From contig CAWBHS010000049.1 in assembly GCA_963788655.1 (NCBI GenBank), positions 96,001 through 160,000 of the forward strand: DNA of 64,000 nt, read 5' to 3'. Source of the DNA: an uncultured Verrucomicrobiae bacterium. GTDB taxonomy: Bacteria > Verrucomicrobiota > Verrucomicrobiia > Limisphaerales > JAFGQR01. The notes below the pieces were generated by a model that had not been told where the DNA came from, ran no database searches, and saw nothing but the letters and a program-made list of their open reading frames with translations. Positions 9,660 through 19,085 of the stretch are shown piece after piece; within the stretch, counting starts at the first letter, position 1; each line of letters begins with the position of its first letter. Both the position numbers and the translations under genes were made by a program.

Positions 9660-9998
9660 CGGTGGGGGCGGCAAATCCGATAAACGGGTTGGTGCGAAAC
9701 CACCAGAACTGATTGGAGCGCCGCCGCCACCGGATCCATTTAACAGCTCGGGCGAGCTGGCAGTAAACGCTGTTTTGCCCGGCCCAGGAGTCAGCATGGG
9801 TTGAACGCGGGCGGACGGGAAACCGCCCTGGCCGCGAGTCATGGGACTGTGCGCATGAAATGAACCTGGGTTGGTACGAATGATTTTCTGGCTCGGCGCG
9901 AGCGGAGTGGGGCCGGTTCGAGACGCAGGCCGCCAGGCCTGCCGGACCGGACTAGAACCAGATGGATGACTGGACAAAACGGACGGCGACCCGCAGGC
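9660..9998 (+). ncRNA. Putative bridge/seek RNA of the IS110 element
   Basis: A stem at 9661-9672/9720-9731 encloses taaacgggt (9681-9689) and agaactga (9705-9712), which match the two halves of the target. atggatga (9962-9969) matches the element's right end (10139-10146). Confidence 0.8.
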
Positions 9999-10271
9999 GG
10001 GGCGTCAAAAGTTGGAACCTGGCGATGGAAGTTGTCGGTGCAACGGCGGACCTGGCGGCACGGACGAGCATCGGTACGTCGTGTCAAAAAACAGTTTTTT
10101 GGCGATAGAATAATTTTGTCTCTTGACTCGAACCTTTAATGGATGACCCGTTTAGACCCGTTTACGTTACGTTTATGGTCGGCTCGCTCATGGAATATTC
10201 AATTGTCTATCAGATAATGCGCAATAGAGAAGCCTAAAGGGCAAAGGAAATTTGGCAGATTTGCTCGACCC

Positions 10272-10301
10272 CAATTGATAGGAATTTGCTTTTTTGACGC
10301 T
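10272..10301 (-). mobile_element. Orphan IS91-type oriIS-like end
   Basis: aattgataggaatttgcttttttgacgct is identical to 12683-12711. Confidence 0.8.
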
Positions 10302-10317
10302 CCGCGCTTCAGCCCCT

Positions 10318-10369
10318 CCGCTTTGCGGCGAGGCGCCGCAAACAGCACGCGAGGCGCGTGCGCTCCCCA
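10318..10369. repeat. REP-like palindromes
   Basis: tttgcggcgaggcgccgcaaa followed by gcacgcgaggcgcgtgcgctcccc. Confidence 0.55.
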
Positions 10370-10410
10370 AAAACCATCTTCACCCCGGCTACGCCTTTTC
10401 TTAATCCGCT

Positions 10411-12676
10411 CTATGATTTCACGATGAGCACGGGGCAGGGCGCGCTTTCGACGATGGCCTCGGCGCTTTGGCCGAAGTGAAGCTGGCCGTCGGACGTGGC
10501 CGTGATTCCGAGCACGATGAGCTGGTGCCCGCCCAGCCGCGCCTGGCGCAAAATCGCGCTCTCCTTGGCGGGCCCCACCAGGGCCTTCGTGACGACATGC
10601 ACCTCCTCGCGTTTGCCGAGCGCGACGATATCCGCCAGCAGCGCGCGCCCCGTCCGGAGGAGTTTTTCGGGGCGCCGCAGCAGCTCGCTATCCGCGGGCG
10701 GGATTGAGACGTGCAGGGCCGTGATCGCGCCGCCGCAGCCCCTGGCGATCGCGACGGCCACTTCGGCGCCGAACCGCGAATAATCCGCGCCCGTCGCCGG
10801 GACTAGAATCCTTTCCAGGGAAGCATCCGAGGGCGCCTGCGCGCTTCCGGCGTTGAGCAGAATGGCGATCGGCCCCGCAAATTCACGGAAGATATTCTCG
10901 ACGGCCGCCTGAAGATCATTCGCTCCACCGAGTCCGAGAATGAGCAGCCCGTAACCGTGCTCCGCTTCCGTCAGGATGGCCGTCTCCGGGTCGTGGTTTT
11001 CCACGGGATGGATCGAGATCAAATCCCGGACTGGCGCGGGCTTCGCGGCCTTTTCGGCGGGGGCGTCCCGCGCCGCGTTTTTCCGGGCGCGTTTCCCAGC
11101 CTCGCTCGCCGCAAGAGCCTTTCCGGCATTCGCGGCTTCCGTGGCGACGTCGTGAGCCGGGCCGGTGTCCTTTGTCGCTCCGCTCGCGTCGATCACCGTC
11201 GCCGTGAGGCGCCGGGCGCCGACCAGCCAGCCAGCGAGCCGCGCAGCCAGTCGGGCCTCTTCGCTGCCATCGAGCCCGACGAGCACGCGCTCGACCTTCG
11301 GCATCAGATCATGTTCCTCCGCCTGCTCCGCCTCGATCCGCTTCTGTTCATCGGGCCGCGTCGGAACGCGGGCGAGCGCCCATCGCAGCAGCGGCGGCAT
11401 GCAGAGCGTCGTGACCACGGCCATGAGGACGATGATCGTGAAAAGGCGCGGATTCAAAACGCCCATCGACAGGCCGATCGTGGCGAGGATGACCTCGGTC
11501 GAGCCGCGCGCATTCATCCCGAGCCCGACTGCCAGCGACTCCGGGTGATTCAATCGCGCAAGCCGGCTGCCGATGTAACAGCCGCCGAGTTTCCCGATGC
11601 TCGCGATGCCGATCAGCAGCGCGGCGAGCCACAGGAGATCGGGATTGCCGAGCACCTTCAGATCGATGGAAAGACCGGCCACGCCGAAGAAAACCGGCAT
11701 GAAGAGCGCGACGATCAGCCCGCGCAGTTGCTCTTCGATGTGCTTCGTCAGGATCGGCGACTGGCCGATCTATGATTCCCGCCACGAATGCGCCGAGCAC
11801 CGTATGCACGCCGATGAAATCGGTGAGCAGCGCCAGCGCGATCATCAGCACGAGGATGACGCTGATGACCGGCATCTCGATGATGAAGCGGTCATTCACC
11901 CAGCGGATGATGCGCGCGACCCAGCGGTGCCCGAGCGTGAAACAAACAACGAGGAAAACGACCGTCCCGCAGACGCTGATGAGCACCGGCCCGAGGACGA
12001 CCTTTCCGTGCGCGGCGAGCCCGCCGATGAACGCGAGAATCGTCCAGCCGATGGTGTCGTCCAGGATCGCTGCGGCGAGGATGATCTGGCCGAGATCGCG
12101 CCGGAGGAAATCCACCTCGCGCAGCACGGCGGCGACGATCTTCACCGAGGAAATCGAGAGCGCCGTCGCGAGGAAAAGCGATGTGATCACCCGACGACCG
12201 GGATCGGGAAGGATGCTCTCGGGCAGCATCTCGCCGAGCGCGTAGCCGCACGAAAACGGGATGAGAATTCCGGCGGCGGAGACGACGGCAGCCATGCGGC
12301 GCACGCGTTTCACGAGCGCGAGATCCGTCTCCATGCCGGTGAGCAGCAGCAGCATGAGCACGCCCAACTCGGACACCGCGCTCAGCATCGGCCGATCGGC
12401 GGATTCCGCCGGAAATATCGTCTGCTGAGCCACCGGCCAGATTGCCCCGAAAACGCTCGGACCCAGCGCGATTCCCGCGAGCAACTGACCGATCACGGCG
12501 GGCTGCCCGATCCGTTGCATGGCTTCACCCAAAAGCCTGCCGGTGAGAACCAGCAGCGCGATCTGCGCGAAGAAAACCACGAGCTTGTGGTCGCCCTGCC
12601 CGACAGCCGCCGCGAGCAAAGGGATGCCGCCATTGAACAGCGAAGAGTGAAGATCGGGCATCGGTCGCAGAGTCAC
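10411..12676 (-). CDS. Cation:proton antiporter (CPA2/KefB-like) with C-terminal universal stress domains, frameshift near 11770
   Basis: IGQPAVIGQLLAGIALGPS, SISSVKIVA..ILAAAILDD, GMNARGSTEVI; USP-like ILVPATG..HFGQSAEAIV..PCPVLIV. Confidence 0.9.
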
Positions 12677-12956
12677 GTATTGAATTGATAGGAATTTGCT
12701 TTTTTGACGCTGCGTGGTTCAGGGAGAATTGCTTTTGCGTCATGTTCATTTCGGGCGATTTTCTGCCTGCGGGAGCAGGTGTCAACCGCGGTTTCCGTGT
12801 TTTTTTGCTGCTTCGGCAATGGTGCGCCCGTGGCCGCGGCCGGCGGACGCCCGCCGGAGGGATTCGAGGGCAAAACGGGCCGTTGGTGGGCCGCAGCGAG
12901 GCACACCCCACCGGTGGGCGCAGGCGGCGTCTTTGCCTTCGGCGGCCTGGGCTGGA

Positions 12957-14362
12957 TCAGTCGGTCAGGACGTTTTCGTAGTCGGGCATGGGGTCCACGT
13001 CGTCGCACGGTTCGCGGGTCCACGGCCCGGCGTCGGCGTCCGGCGGGGCGCGGGCCGGGGCCAGCAGCGGCGTGCCGCTCCAGAGGCCGAGGTGCCGGAG
13101 GATTTTTTCCACTACTTCACGCTGGTCAATCACGGCAATCACCCGCATCGGGTGCTGGCAGCGGGGGCAGAGCAGCGGGTCGGTGTGCCAGACCTTGCAG
13201 GATCAGGTCGCGCCATTTCTTGGACGGCAGTTTCGCGGGCGGAGGCGGAGTGCTGGGCGGGCGCAGGGGCGCGGACGCCGCGCCCGCCGTTCTGGGCGCG
13301 GTGGCGCTGGCCGCGCATCTTGTTGGAATACCAGCCGTAGTAGCGGACCATTTGCGCGCCTTTGTCGGGGATGTGCTGGGTGATGGCGGCCAGGAAATCG
13401 GTGGGGGTGAAGACTTCGAAGTTGCGGTTGATTTTGGGATTGAGCTTGGAGCGGTAGATGACGGTGTCGGTGGGGGATTCCATCGTCATTTTTTCCACGG
13501 AGAAGGGATTGCGGAGGATGTATTGGGCGAGTTGTTCGAGTTCGGCCTTGTTTTCGGGCGGGACGGGTTCGCCGGCGTGGACGTTGAAGCCGGAGTGTTT
13601 CCAGGAGTGGAGAACCTGGACGCGTTCGGGCGGGAGGAGTTTCAGGGTGACGAGGAATTTGAGGACATGGGCGCGGAAGAGTTCTTCGAGGGGTTTGAGG
13701 GGGAGTTCGGGCAGCGGGTGGAAGATACCGCCTGCCTGTGCCTGGCCGCATGCAGACAGGTCGCGGGTGAAGAGGCCGTCGGCGACAAGGGCGTGAACAT
13801 GGGGATGGAAGTCCAGGTATTCGCCGAAGGTGTGGAGGGTGAGGATAATGGCGGGATGGAAGGAGTTCCGCCGCCCCCGCACCCCGGTCCCTGATGGGGG
13901 CGCGGGAGAAACGGCGGCGCGAAGGTATTCGGTGAGGCTCTGATGGGCCAGGGCGCAGAGGCATTTGAGGAGGCGGCGGTGGCGCTGGAAATAGGGGCGG
14001 AGCATCTTGGGCAGAGCGAGGACATAGTGGCGGTGGGGCACGGGTGCCAGGACGCGGGCGGTGAGGAAGGCGGCGGTGGTCTGGACGTTCTTTTGGTGGC
14101 AGGAGGGGCAGAACCAGCGGGATTTGCAGGAGAAGGCCAGGAGGTGTTCGAGGCGGCAGTGGTCGCAGCGGACGCGGGCGAAGCCGCGCTCGAGGTTGCC
14201 GCAGCCCAGGAATTTGTGGACGACTTGCGGGATGACCGGGCGCAGGGGGCCCAGACGGGGTTGGTAGTCGTGCGGGTAGTTGGCAACGAAGGTGGCGAAG
14301 TGGCGGTGAGCGCAGCGCCAGAGGGGCGACTTTTTCGGGTTGCGGGCATGATAGAGGCGCAT
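12957..14362 (-). CDS. IS91-family (Y2/HUH) transposase, 3' frameshifts
   Basis: Zn-binding GFARVRCDHC..FSCKSRWFCPSC; HTFG..FHPHVHALVADG (HUH); HSGFNVH; YILR; VRYYGWYSN; C-terminal DPLLCPRC..EKILRHLGLW. Confidence 0.92.
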
Positions 14363-14419
14363 CGTGCATAGCAACGTCCGTAATGGACACGCGCGCAATA
14401 GGGGCCATGACAATCCTTT

Positions 14420-14489
14420 CCGCCTGGGCTTCCTCGGTTTCCTGACGTTCCTCCCAGAGCCCGTAGTACCGCAAAATCTTCTCGATCAT
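14420..14489 (-). pseudogene. Second IS91-like transposase C-terminal scrap
   Basis: MIEKILRYYGLWEE, similar to 2279-2315 and to the end of the full transposase. Confidence 0.55.
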
Positions 14490-17400
14490 CTATCTTCCCT
14501 TTGGCCTTCCCAGCACATCAATCTCGGCGGCGCCAGCGTAGGGTTCGTTGTCGGGCGCATTGCGGGACACCAGTTTGAAACACCGCCCGGACACCGGCCG
14601 GGGCAGGAGCACCACGCGGCCGCTCGCATCCAGGTCGGTCTTTTCGAAGCGGCCGGTGGCGACCGGTTGGCCCCAGTCCTGGCCATCCTGGCTGACGTAG
14701 AATTCGTAGTCACCAATCACCCCTTTGACGTGGCGTCCGTCCTGCCGCGGCAGGTAGGCGAAGCCGGTGATTTCAATGTCCTCCATCAAGTCCACGGCCA
14801 GGTGATGCGGATGCCCCGGACTGCCGCCGTTCCACAGGGTGTGCCAGAAGGTTTCCGGCTTGCCATCAATGGCCAGCACGGCGCGCTCATCCTCCACTTT
14901 GGTATTCTCGCTGCTGAAGGACAGAATTTTCCATCGAGTTTTGGCCAGGCCAAACTCCCGGGTGGCGACGCCGTAGGAAAGGTCTTCGATGGTGAAGTTG
15001 CGGAAGGAAATCTCCGCCTTGCAATTGCCGTGAATCTGAAGCGCGATCAAACCGTCCAGCGGTATGGCCGGGTCGGTCTCGGTGTAATCCACGGTCGTCT
15101 CGCCGTTCAACGCGATCTGGAGGCGCGGCCCCGCACAACGCACTTCATAGCGATTCCAATCGCCCGGCTTTTCCAGCCGCTTGATTTGTTCGTCCGAGGG
15201 GCGAACGAGCATCTGTGTTGCGCCGCGATTCGTCGTAGAGGCAGCCGGAATATCCCGCGCCGATGTCCGCCTGAAATCCGCACATTTCATTCGGCGGCTG
15301 TTTGACGCGGACGCTGCGGAACTGCACGCCGCTGTTCACAAAGCCCTCGGTGCCGACCAGCTTGTATTCGAGGCGAAGGACAAAATTGGTGTACGTCCCC
15401 GCCGCGGCCAGGAACTCGTTGCGCGGATTGCCATCCAGTGAACCGCCGACGATGACCCCGTCCCGCACCCGCCACACATTCGTATCGCCCTCCCAACCCG
15501 CCAGCGACCGACCATCGAAAAGTGAAAGGCGTCGGGCCGGGTTGAGGATCGTCCCGGCGATCTTCCCGGCCTGCCGCCGAATGTCGGCGCTCGGCACGGT
15601 CGCTAGAATTCTCTCGAGGGCTTCCCTGGTCGCGGCTGGATCGGTGGACTGCAAGGCGGGAGCGATTTGCACGATGGCTACGGCGGCTTCGTTCTGCAAT
15701 TCCTTGTCCTCAAGATACGGAATCAGCAGGCGGAGGCTCCGGATGTGTTTCACGCGGCCCAGGCCCGAAATGATCAACCGCCGATCTTGAGTGGTCTGCG
15801 CTGCCTGGTTGGCCCGCTCAAACCATTTGCCCACTGTTTCCGCGGGGCGCTGGTGCTCGTCCGCCGCGGTGGTGGCCAGCCGGATCGCCGAGGCCAGCGC
15901 GCGTTTGCGCTGGGCGGGATTGGCACCGGTGTGCGCCACTGCCAGCAGGTCGTCAATTGGCGCCGGGTCCGGCCAGTGGGCCAGTTGCACGAGCGCCGTG
16001 GCGACCACCGAATCATCGGCGTCTTTCATGGCGGCCAGGAGGACGGGCAAAGCCTGGGCGTCGCCAAGCGAAGCGAGAATTCTGATCCAGGAATTCTCCC
16101 CGCGGGGAGTCGTGGCTTGCTTCAACTCGGCCAGCACGGCTTCGCTGACCGATGCCGCGTGGCCAGTCCGGGTGCAGGTACCGACCACCGCGTTCTCCGC
16201 AGCCTCGCGCACCGATTCGTCCTTGCTGGCTTTGGTCAGCGCGATCAACGCGGACAAATCATCGGGACCAGCGAGGGACTTCAAGGCGCGCAGCGCGGCC
16301 ACGCCAACTTTCACGTCGGGATCAACTGCTTGCTTGAAAAGTTCTGCCGTGGCGTTCGTCACGCTGCGATTCTCCAGCAGCCGGATGAACTGAACGCGCG
16401 ACCCGGCGTCTGCCGCCGATGCGAGCGCTCGGACAATCTGCGCGTCGATCGCGGCTCCTTCCATTCGTTTCAGGCCGCTCAGGGCAATGGCCAGGTCGTT
16501 GGCGCTCCGATTGTCCGCCACGGTCTTGAGCAACACTCCTGCCTCCGCCACCCCGCCGATCCTGCCCAACACCTTGAGAGCGGTCTGGCGGACTTCGGCA
16601 TCCGCACTGGCGGCCTTGGCCTGGAGCACCAGGAACGATTGCGCATTGTGGCAATCCACCAGTGCCGTGAGCAATTGGATCTGTAGCTCCGTCGGAGCCT
16701 GATTAATTTCTGCGTTCAGGGCGTTGGCCAAAGCGTCGCTGGGAATTTCGCGGATGGCGAGGAGCGCGGCGTTGCGGATGATGCGCTCGTTGGCCCGGAG
16801 TTGCTCGATGAGCAACGGCACGCCCTTCGCTTTCCGGGCGACAATGGCGCCGCGCGTTGCTGCCGCCCGATACGATGCCGGCACCTTCGCGTTGCGCACC
16901 GCGTCGTTGAGTGCCACCGCGACTTCCGCGTGGCCGTCAGCCAACTGTTTTTCAGCCGCCAGAAGACACGCAGCGGCGGCCTCCGGGCGGATCGTTTCCG
17001 AACCCTGGTCCAGAGCCTGGCGAAGAATCTCGATGGCTTCTTCGTTCGCAATGCGGCCCAACGCCAGCAAAGCTTCCTGCTTCACCCCGGAAGCCGGATC
17101 GTTGGCCAGCTTCTTCAACAGGCCGAGGGCCTTCACGTCCCGCAGCACGCCCAGCGAATTGATCACGCCGACGAGAAGATTGCCTTTGAGGGTGGTCGCA
17201 GCGGCCCGGAGAGCCTCGGCCGCGCTCGGATCGGGGATACCTTCCAGACCGCTGCGCGCGTAGGCGCTTAGATGTTCATCCGCGAGCAACGCCGCCAGGG
17301 CGGGAACGGCTTGCGCATCACCAAACTCGCCGAGTTGCTGGCAGGCGCGAGCCTTGTCGAATAACGAAGCGTCCGACTGGAGAACGGCAACCAGTTTCCG

Positions 17401-17496
17401 AGACTTTTCAACGTTGCTTTCGGCCGCGATCGCTGTCGCGTGGGTCAGCAGCAGGCCAGTGATCGTCACCGCCAGGAGAACAAATCGGGTAAGCAT
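14490..17496 (-). CDS. HEAT-repeat + DUF1080 (3-keto-disaccharide hydrolase-like) + F5/8 domain protein, frameshift near 15215
   Basis: HEAT repeats; SLFDGRSLAGWEG..NSGVQFRS..FQADIG..YDESRR; WNRYEVRC..LIALQIH..ISFRN; AIDGKPETFWHT..GFAYLPRQD. Confidence 0.85.
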
Positions 17497-17499
17497 AGA

Positions 17500-17652
17500 A
17501 GCCTTCTTCAAAACCTTGCGGCCGTAGCGGCGTCTCGGCAGAGCGCCGCACTCGTTGCGCTCGAAATGAAATATGGCGGCGCTCTGCCGAGACGCCGCTA
17601 CGAGATTCTGAAATTGCCTCATAGTTTTGGGGATTCGGTTTTGAGGATGCTC
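17500..17652. repeat. MITE-like unit enclosing a GTAG REP doublet
   Basis: Perfect IR gtagcggcgtctcggcagagcgccgc (17524) / gcggcgctctgccgagacgccgctac (to 17601). Outer imperfect IR agccttcttcaaaacc / ggttttgaggatgct. Confidence 0.75.
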
Positions 17653-18955
17653 AAAGGTTGAAACTCCACGGTTCGCGGGTCGCCCGGCGGCGCATGCGGT
17701 TGGCCTCCTCGTCTCCGACAAACTCCTCCTTGACGGGATCGAGCGTGAGTTTCCGGCCCAATTGCCACGAGAGTTGCGCCGCGAAACAGGCGATGTGCGA
17801 ATGGCGCATGATGTCCTGATTGCACACCGGCAACGCCCGCGACCTGACACAATCGAAGAAATTCCGTCCGTGCCCCGCCGAACTGAGCCCTGTCCCGCCA
17901 TAGTGTCGATTCAGGGTTTCCGCGAGGTTCTCCGAGAACACCAGTTGCGAGTTGTCACCGGTTTCCACCCAACCTTCGTCGCCTTCGAAGCGCACCGGGC
18001 AGGTGCCCGTCGAAGTGTGATATTGCGGGTCGCGGTTCCCGAAGGCGGTGGGCAGGAAGTCGCAGACGAGTTTAACGCCGTTGGCATACCGGGCGATGAT
18101 GGAGGTCGGCGTGGCTTCGTACTCCAGGGGCGCGGTGTGGTCGGCCTGGTTGGCCCACTGACACAGGTCCAGCGTGTGGGCGCCCCAATCGAGAAAGTTG
18201 CCACCGGCTTCGAAGTCATGGTGACCCCGCCAACCGCCGCTGACATACCGGCTGTTGTAAGGGCGCCAGGGCGCCGGCCCCAGCCAGAGGTCCCAGTCGC
18301 ACTCCTCCTTGGGCGGCTCGGGTTCGGCGGGCAGCCAGGCATAGTTTTTGGAAGGAACATAGACCGACGCGTGCAAGGTATGGAGTCGTCCCAGTTTGCC
18401 GCTCTGAGCCAGGTGGACCGCATACTGAAAGTTGCCGACGCTCCGGCGCTGGGTTCCGGCCTGGAACACCCGCCCATAACGATGAATGCCATTCGCCAGC
18501 GACTGGATTTCGCCGATGGTCATCCCGCAGGGTTTTTCGCTGTAAACGTCTTTCCCGGCCTTTGCGGCCAGGAGCGACGCCAGGGCGTGCCAGCGATCTC
18601 CCGTGGCAATCAGCACCGCGTCAATGTCGGGCCGGGCGAGCAACTCGGACAGATCCCGGTAAATCCGGCAGTCCTGGTTGCCGTAATGCGCGTCCACCTT
18701 TTGCTTGACCTGCTCGCGCCGCTGGCGTGTCACATCGCAGACGGCCACAAACTGAATGTCCTTTTCCGGAAGCATCACGCTCAGGTCATATTGGCCACGC
18801 GGCCCCAGGCCAATCCCGGCGAACACAACCTTATCGCTCGGTGCCACGGCGCCGTCTTTGCCCAAGGCGCGAGCCGGGATGAACCACGGCAAAGCCACGG
18901 CGCTGCCAGCCACGAGAGTTTGTCCCAGAAATTGTCGGCGAGTCTGAATTTTCAT
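17651..18955 (-). CDS. Gfo/Idh/MocA oxidoreductase with Tat signal
   Basis: TRRQFLG; GIGLGPRG; IDAVLIATGDRWH; GKDVYSEKP; WLGPAP; DWGAH. Confidence 0.92.
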   Translation of the reverse strand: MKIQTRRQFLGQTLVAGSAVALPWFIPARALGKDGAVAPSDKVVFAGIGLGPRGQYDLSVMLPEKDIQFVAVCDVTRQRREQVKQKVDAHYGNQDCRIYRDLSELLARPDIDAVLIATGDRWHALASLLAAKAGKDVYSEKPCGMTIGEIQSLANGIHRYGRVFQAGTQRRSVGNFQYAVHLAQSGKLGRLHTLHASVYVPSKNYAWLPAEPEPPKEECDWDLWLGPAPWRPYNSRYVSGGWRGHHDFEAGGNFLDWGAHTLDLCQWANQADHTAPLEYEATPTSIIARYANGVKLVCDFLPTAFGNRDPQYHTSTGTCPVRFEGDEGWVETGDNSQLVFSENLAETLNRHYGGTGLSSAGHGRNFFDCVRSRALPVCNQDIMRHSHIACFAAQLSWQLGRKLTLDPVKEEFVGDEEANRMRRRATREPWSFNL

Positions 18956-19085
18956 TGGTCGAAAGTTTTTCGCTAAAGTCCCGCAAGCGTATATGGCCGC
19001 TGAACAAATGAGCAAGCCACAAAGCGGTCAGGATCGGACCAGTTCCTTCATTGTCATGCGGCGGCGGTTGCTTACACTGACCGAT

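Larger units (their letters stand above)
8264..10146 (+). mobile_element. IS110-family insertion sequence with long structured non-coding ends
   Basis: TGA is present at both boundaries (8261-8263, 10144-10146). Removing the element restores aagaacTGAcccgttta, which resembles the motif in the sibling repeats. Confidence 0.9.
12686..14490 (-). mobile_element. IS91-like rolling-circle element
   Basis: Transposase plus a downstream oriIS-like end (aaaaaagcaaattcctatca|ATTC). The ter end could not be defined. Confidence 0.75.

Noticed and set aside
12704..14489. Long alternative-frame ORFs overlapping the IS91 transposase, and similar antisense ORFs elsewhere (e.g. 40739-42556, 51934-53520)
   Set aside because: They are shadow ORFs expected from high-GC codon bias and have no recognisable motifs.
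5545..14784. The duplicated segment as a diversity-generating retroelement TR/VR pair
   Set aside because: There is no reverse transcriptase in the window, and the differences are not confined to adenines.
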